Assembly (NCBI GenBank): GCA_030429345.1
Contig: JAUIFJ010000012.1
Coordinates: 19,898 to 83,897 of the forward strand
Reading direction: 5' to 3'
DNA length: 64,000 bases
Source: a bacterium
Lineage (GTDB): Bacteria; CAIWAD01
Under the pieces are notes generated by a model. The model was not told the DNA's origin. It did not search any database and saw only the letters and a program-made list of their open reading frames with translations. Each line of letters starts with the position of its first letter. Position 1 is the stretch's first letter. The position numbers and the translations under genes were made by a program. Below, one piece after another: positions 59,065-64,000 of the stretch.

Positions 59065-60263
59065 GCGAGCTTCTCCAGGGTCTTGGCGAGGCGCCGTGCT
59101 CCTTCGTCCAGCTCCTCGTCGGTGATACATAGCGGCGGGTAGAGACGGACCACCGGATCCTCGCTGGGGATCACCAGCAGTCCTTCCTCCAGGGCGGCCT
59201 TCATCACGGCGGCAGCGGATGCGCCCCGCACCTCCAGGCCCAGCATCAGGCCGCGGCCGCGCAGGCCGACGGCAGGCCCCTCCGCCGACAACAGGGGCTC
59301 CAGTGCCTTGCGCAGGCGCTTCCCGGCTCGCTCCACATGCGCCAGGGCCTCCGGCGAGGACAGTTCGTCGAAGACCGCTGCTGCCACATGGGTTACGAAG
59401 GGGCCGCCTCCGAAGGTGCTGCCGTGCATGCCGGGACGCAGCCGGGCGGCAAGGGCCCCGCTCATCAGCACGGCTCCGATCGGGAGGCCGCCGGCCAGGG
59501 GCTTGGCGAGCGTCATCATGTCCGGCCGCAGGCCCGCGTGCTCGTGCGCCCAGAGCGTGCCGCTGCGCGACAGGCCGCTCTGGATCTCGTCGACGCAGAA
59601 CAGGGTTCCTGTCTCACGACAGCGCTCCTCGAGACGTCGGAGCCAGGCCGCATCCGCCTCGCGCACTCCGCGTTCCCCCTGGATCGGTTCGACGATCGCC
59701 AGGGCCGTGTCCCTGCCGATCTCCTCCAGGGCGGCGGCATCGTTGAAAGGCAGGCGCTTGTAGCCGGCGGGCAGGGGTTCGAAGGGACGACGATAGTCCG
59801 GCCGGTCCGTGGCCGCCAGCGCGCCCATGCTGCGCCCGTGAAAGGAACCGCTGAAGTAGACGATCTCGCGTGCGTCCCCGCCGGCGACCCGGGCGAACTT
59901 GATCGCCGCCTCGACAGCCTCCGTGCCCGAGTTGCAGAAGAAGGCCCGGTCGGCGAACGAGCGCTCGCAAAGGCTTTCCGCCAGGCGAACCTGGGGCTCG
60001 CTGTGCAACAGGTTGGAGACATGCAGCGGCAGCTCCGCCGCTTCGCGAAGCGCGCGCAGCACCGCAGGGTGTCCGTGCCCCAGCGAACTCACGGCGATGC
60101 CGCAGGAGAAATCAAGGACATCCCTTCCCCCGCTGTCGAAGAGGCGCGCGCCCTCGCCCTTCGCGAAGAGTGCATCCGCCCGCGCGTAGGTCGGGGCCAG
60201 CACGTGCTCCGCGCGTGCCACAAGCTCATTGTCGAGATGTGTCGCATCGCCATTCATATGCAC
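59061..60263 (-). CDS. argD: acetylornithine aminotransferase ArgD
   Basis: A class-III aminotransferase. The PLP-lysine block reads DMMTLAKPLAGGLPIGA. The start may instead be Met3 at 60257. Confidence 0.85.
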   Translation of the reverse strand: MHMNGDATHLDNELVARAEHVLAPTYARADALFAKGEGARLFDSGGRDVLDFSCGIAVSSLGHGHPAVLRALREAAELPLHVSNLLHSEPQVRLAESLCERSFADRAFFCNSGTEAVEAAIKFARVAGGDAREIVYFSGSFHGRSMGALAATDRPDYRRPFEPLPAGYKRLPFNDAAALEEIGRDTALAIVEPIQGERGVREADAAWLRRLEERCRETGTLFCVDEIQSGLSRSGTLWAHEHAGLRPDMMTLAKPLAGGLPIGAVLMSGALAARLRPGMHGSTFGGGPFVTHVAAAVFDELSSPEALAHVERAGKRLRKALEPLLSAEGPAVGLRGRGLMLGLEVRGASAAAVMKAALEEGLLVIPSEDPVVRLYPPLCITDEELDEGARRLAKTLEKLA

Positions 60264-61024
60264 ACCGCCGTTCCGCCGAAGGCGCGCATGGCCGCCAGGT
60301 CACCGATGCGCACGCGGCTCACGCCGGCGCGGATCGCTTCCGCGGCCGCGCGGATCTTGGGCCGCATGCCCCCGTGAATCACGCGCTTCTCGATCAGTCG
60401 CCGCGCCTCCGAAAGGCGCAGGAGCGGCAGCACCTCGCCCTGCTCGTCCTTGACTCCGGGGATGTCGGACACGAAGGCCAGTTCCTCGGCGGCCAGCGAG
60501 ACGGCCAGGGCGTGGGCGGCGTCGTCGGCATTGACATTGACCATGCCGCCGTCCTCCGCCAGCGCCACGGGCGCGATCACCGGCATGCGCCCGGCCTGCA
60601 GCTGCTCGCGGACCAGGTCCGGCCGCACGCATGGCGGCAGGCCCACGCGGCCCAGGCGATCCTCGTCCCGCAGCGCGGAGCGCAGCACTCCGCCATCCAC
60701 TCCCGAGAAGCCGACGGCAGGCAGGCCCTGCGCCAGGCAGGCCGCCGTGAGACGCTTGTTGACCAGGCCGCAGAGGGCCATCAGCACCACTTCCAGGTCC
60801 TTCTCCTCCGTCACACGCAGGCCCTCGACGCGCCGGGGCTCCATTCCCAGGACGCCCTGCAGCCGGTCGATGTCCGGCCCGCCGCCGTGTACGACAACGG
60901 CCCGGCGTCCCTTGCGGCGCAGCGCCTTGAGGTAGCCGCAGAAGGCCTTCAGGTCCTTGTCGGCGACCAGGTTCGCTCCGCCGACCTTGACCAGGGTCAC
61001 CGTGTCGGATGTGTGGTTCTTCAT
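60254..61024 (-). CDS. argB: acetylglutamate kinase ArgB
   Basis: The amino-acid-kinase fold is recognisable (LVKVGGA, VVVHGGGP, VNVNADDAA). Confidence 0.85.
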   Translation of the reverse strand: MKNHTSDTVTLVKVGGANLVADKDLKAFCGYLKALRRKGRRAVVVHGGGPDIDRLQGVLGMEPRRVEGLRVTEEKDLEVVLMALCGLVNKRLTAACLAQGLPAVGFSGVDGGVLRSALRDEDRLGRVGLPPCVRPDLVREQLQAGRMPVIAPVALAEDGGMVNVNADDAAHALAVSLAAEELAFVSDIPGVKDEQGEVLPLLRLSEARRLIEKRVIHGGMRPKIRAAAEAIRAGVSRVRIGDLAAMRAFGGTAVCI

Positions 61025-61054
61025 CGAATCGTCCTTGCCTTGTGTTCGGGGTTC

Positions 61055-62101
61055 TCAAAGGCGCAGCCCGAGAGTCTCGGGCCAGCCCTGCATCACGTTC
61101 ATGTTCTGCACTGCCGCTCCGGCAGCGCCCTTTCCCAGGTTGTCGATGGCGCAGCTCACCAGCAGCCAGCCGGTCGCCTCGTCGTGCGTCAGGCTGATCA
61201 CCGCCTTGTCGCGTCGCGCCACACAGCGTATGCGGCTCTCCTTTCCGGGGGGCAGCACTTCGACCAGCTTCTCCTGCGCGAAGTGCCGTCGGTAGAGCCG
61301 CTGAGCGCCTTCCCCGTCGAGTCCGCTGTCCTGCACCAGGCAGTTGGCCAGGATCCCCCGTTCGAGCGGCACCAGCTGCGGCACGAAGAAGAGAGGCGGG
61401 CATTCGCCGCCCTCCCCGTGATCCAGGGCCGCCTGCGCCAGGACCTGCTCCATCTCCGGCACATGGCGGTGTGCCCGCCCGGGCTTGTAGGGCCGCACAT
61501 CGTCGTGCGCCGAGCAGAAATGGGTCAGCGGAGTGGCGGCCCGCCCCGCTCCGCTCAGGCCGGATTTCGCATCCACGTAGACGGGGTTGCGCAGCAGGCC
61601 GCTCCGGGCCAGGGGCAGGAGGGCCAGTTCCACGGAGGTGGCGTAGCATCCCGGATTGGCCACGAAGCGGGAAGCGCGCAGTTTCCGGCGATTGCTCTCC
61701 GGCAGTCCGTAAACGGCCTTTTCGGCGAGGGCCTGGTTGCGCTGGGATCCGTATACACGCTGGTGAAGGGATTCCGCGCGCAGGCGATGGTCCCCTGAAA
61801 GGTCGATCAGCGCGCAGCCGCGGGCATGCAGCTTTTCAGCCGTCTCCGCCGAGCGCCCGTGGGGCAGGCACAGAAAGGCCAGGTCGATCTCTTCTTCCAG
61901 GGCCTGCTCCGGAAGAAGCAGGGACAGGTCGGGAGCGGCGGGGTCCACATCCGGCAATCGGATGTCCTTCGCTTCTCGAGTGCTGCCGAAGAGCAGCTCG
62001 ACGCCCGGATGCGCCTGCAGGCGCTCCGCCAGTTCGATGCCAGTGGTTCCGGTTACGCCGAAGATCCCGGCCCGCAGGGAGGGGGTGGTTGCAGCCTGCA
62101 C
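61055..62101 (-). CDS. argC: N-acetyl-gamma-glutamyl-phosphate reductase ArgC
   Basis: A GTG start with an AGGAAG RBS gives (M)QAATTPSLRAGIFGVTGTTG. The catalytic Cys block ANPGCYAT is present. The listed ORF begins at an upstream ATG (62218), which lacks an RBS. Confidence 0.8.
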   Translation of the reverse strand: MQAATTPSLRAGIFGVTGTTGIELAERLQAHPGVELLFGSTREAKDIRLPDVDPAAPDLSLLLPEQALEEEIDLAFLCLPHGRSAETAEKLHARGCALIDLSGDHRLRAESLHQRVYGSQRNQALAEKAVYGLPESNRRKLRASRFVANPGCYATSVELALLPLARSGLLRNPVYVDAKSGLSGAGRAATPLTHFCSAHDDVRPYKPGRAHRHVPEMEQVLAQAALDHGEGGECPPLFFVPQLVPLERGILANCLVQDSGLDGEGAQRLYRRHFAQEKLVEVLPPGKESRIRCVARRDKAVISLTHDEATGWLLVSCAIDNLGKGAAGAAVQNMNVMQGWPETLGLRL

Positions 62102-62272
62102 GCGGCTTCCTTGTTTTTCCTGGACGATGCTTTCGCAGTCCAACTGGCAGGAAGCGTGCCAGATTGTATCTCTTTTCAAATCATGAGCTTGTATTTTGAC
62201 CTTGACATTATCGGACAACTATGGCCTATTTGATGGGACAATGAAGACACATTGCATGGAAACAGGTCAAGG

Positions 62273-63697
62273 ATGTCCGAAACCCGCAAACAATTGTTGC
62301 TCCTGGGGGCTCGACCACTGCAGGAGCGCCTCGAATCCTGGGGCTATTCGACCCTGCACTATGCCGGCACGAAAGAGCTGCTGGCCGAAGCGCCCGAGGT
62401 CGGCGCCCGCGCCTGCATCGCTTCGCTGGAGCTGGTACCGGCAGAGGAACTGCCGCAGTTCATCCGCCGACTGCGCTCCGTGATTCCCTTCATGGACGTG
62501 GTCGGCTGGGCGCCCGGGGCGACACCGGAAAAGGTCCGCAGCGCCTTGCAGGCGGGCTTGAAGGACATTGTGCTACACGTGGATTCGCAGGATCTGCGCG
62601 AGCGGCTGCAGCGCGTGATCGCCCGGCAGCAGTTCCTGCCCCGCCTGCTGGAGCACCGCGGCCGCGCGGAAACCTGGCGCTTCGAGGGACTGCTCAGCCG
62701 GGACAGCGCCATGCACAGCATCTTCGATACAGTCGTGCGCACGGCTCCCACGGACGCCACGGTGCTCGTGATGGGCGAGACGGGAACGGGCAAGGAGCTC
62801 CTGGCGCGCGCGTTTCACAATCGTTCGGAAAGGGAGGGGCCGATGGTGGCGCTCAACTGCGCCGCCGTGCCGGAGAACCTGATCGATTCGGAACTCTTCG
62901 GCAACGAGAAGGGTGCCTTCACCGGCGCCACCAGTCCGCGGGACGGGCTCTTTCGCCACGCCGAAGGCGGCACGCTGCTGCTGGATGAGATCGGCAGCAT
63001 TCCCGAACCTGTGCAGAACCGCCTGCTCCGCGTGCTGCAGGAGGGCGCGGTGCGTCCGGTAGGCGGACAACGGGAGGTGCCGGTGGATGTGCGCATCATT
63101 GCCGCCACCAGCCAGCACCTGGACACCCTCGTCGGCGAAGGCCGCTTCCGCGAGGACCTGCTCTACCGGCTGGATGTGATACGCATCCAGATTCCGCCAT
63201 TGCGCGAACGGCCCATGGACGTGATCTACCTTTTCAGCGTCTTCATGAGCAACCTCTCGTCGAGCTACAAGCTGCAGAGGCACGAGGTCTCCGACAGCTT
63301 TCTCGACGCCCTGCAGACCTACGACTGGCCGGGAAACGTGCGCCAGCTGGAGAACTTCGCCGAGCGCGTGCTGTTGACCGTGCCCTCCTCCGAGCGCCTG
63401 AAGGCCGAGCACTTCCGCAAATACGTCATGCCGATGAGCGAACACGAAAACGCGACGGATTCCGCGCCGCGCACTCCCGCCAGCAATTTCCCGCAGCCGG
63501 ATCCGAAGCTTCCGCTTCCCCGGGCCCTGCAGATGGCCCAGGCGTCGCTGGAGAAGTCCTTTCTGCACCAGGCGCTCAAGGCCAACCGCGGCGCTATCGG
63601 CGAAAGCGCGCTCCAGCTCGGCATCAGCCGTCGCACGCTGCAACGCAAGATGCAGCGCTACGGCCTGCAGCGGCAGGCCTATCGCCCGGACCGTTGA
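62273..63697 (+). CDS. sigma-54-dependent Fis-family transcriptional activator (NtrC-like, degenerate receiver domain)
   Basis: An AAA+ sigma54-interaction domain is present (VLVMGETGTGKELLARAFH, GAFTGA, ESELFGNEKGAFTGA). A C-terminal Fis HTH follows. The start was trimmed to MSETRKQ. Confidence 0.8.
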   Translation: MSETRKQLLLLGARPLQERLESWGYSTLHYAGTKELLAEAPEVGARACIASLELVPAEELPQFIRRLRSVIPFMDVVGWAPGATPEKVRSALQAGLKDIVLHVDSQDLRERLQRVIARQQFLPRLLEHRGRAETWRFEGLLSRDSAMHSIFDTVVRTAPTDATVLVMGETGTGKELLARAFHNRSEREGPMVALNCAAVPENLIDSELFGNEKGAFTGATSPRDGLFRHAEGGTLLLDEIGSIPEPVQNRLLRVLQEGAVRPVGGQREVPVDVRIIAATSQHLDTLVGEGRFREDLLYRLDVIRIQIPPLRERPMDVIYLFSVFMSNLSSSYKLQRHEVSDSFLDALQTYDWPGNVRQLENFAERVLLTVPSSERLKAEHFRKYVMPMSEHENATDSAPRTPASNFPQPDPKLPLPRALQMAQASLEKSFLHQALKANRGAIGESALQLGISRRTLQRKMQRYGLQRQAYRPDR

Positions 63698-63971
63698 GCC
63701 AGGCCCTTATCGCCGAGCGGCCTTCCCGGGGTCCGGGACCGGCCCTTCGTGATACACGATCCCCTTCAGGATAACACCGCTCTTGCCTTTGTGACCCCAT
63801 GAGTGCTAGTATGCCTCGCGCACGCAGGGTCTCCGGGAACACGCTTTCCTTGTGTATCACATCATGAATATCCGGATCCTGCGGAACACGGCACGCACGC
63901 CCGCGGTACAAGCGCGGGCCGGCCCGATGCACGGCCGAACACTGCATCACGGAACCTGAAAGGAGCACGGA

Positions 63972-64000
63972 ATGCCTTCCCCACGACGCCGCAAGATCGC
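63972..64000 (+). CDS. 5' end of an unidentified CDS running off the window
   Basis: AAAGGAGC is followed by an ATG (MPSPRRRKI...). Only 9 codons are visible. Confidence 0.2.

Overview
This is a 64 kb, high-GC (roughly 65-68%) window of densely packed bacterial chromosome. At least six secreted proteins end in the Por/T9SS C-terminal sorting domain (NYPNPFNP...), which points to an uncultured member of the Bacteroidota/FCB-type lineages. Identifiable housekeeping genes include rdgB, yceH, acnA, mazG, rlmB, hup, a tRNA-Glu/His/Arg/Pro operon and an argC-argB-argD-GNAT-argJ operon. There are also an MCP, a sigma-54 activator, TrmB and ArsR regulators and a GT9 heptosyltransferase.

The accessory content is unusually rich:
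- Three thioredoxin-fold genes carry an in-frame TGA exactly at the first Cys of the CxxC redox motif, so they are putative selenoproteins. Two are adjacent TlpA/ResA-like paralogs reading W-U-P-x-C, and the third is a periplasmic peroxiredoxin-like protein. Each has a hairpin with an AGUU(U/G) loop at +17..+21 after the UGA, a bacterial-SECIS-like geometry. TGA is used as an ordinary stop elsewhere in the window, for example at acnA.
- An [FeFe]-hydrogenase maturase pair hydG-hydF is present with no hydE or hydA in the window. It is co-oriented with a tryptophanase/tyrosine-phenol-lyase family gene.
- Four tandem FGE/SUMF1-fold genes (two carry duplicated FGE domains, two are lipoproteins) all lack the catalytic Cys pair.
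- Two LVIVD-repeat paralogs share a C-terminal FN3-like module with the two TlpA-like selenoproteins.
- A 1667-aa cadherin-like repeat adhesin is present.
- A tandem pair of ~90-nt triple-hairpin intergenic repeats sits downstream of the adhesin terminator.

Many long ORFs antisense to real genes are GC artefacts and are not reported as genes. Coordinates of small RNA or regulatory features may be off by 1-2 nt because they were read by eye.
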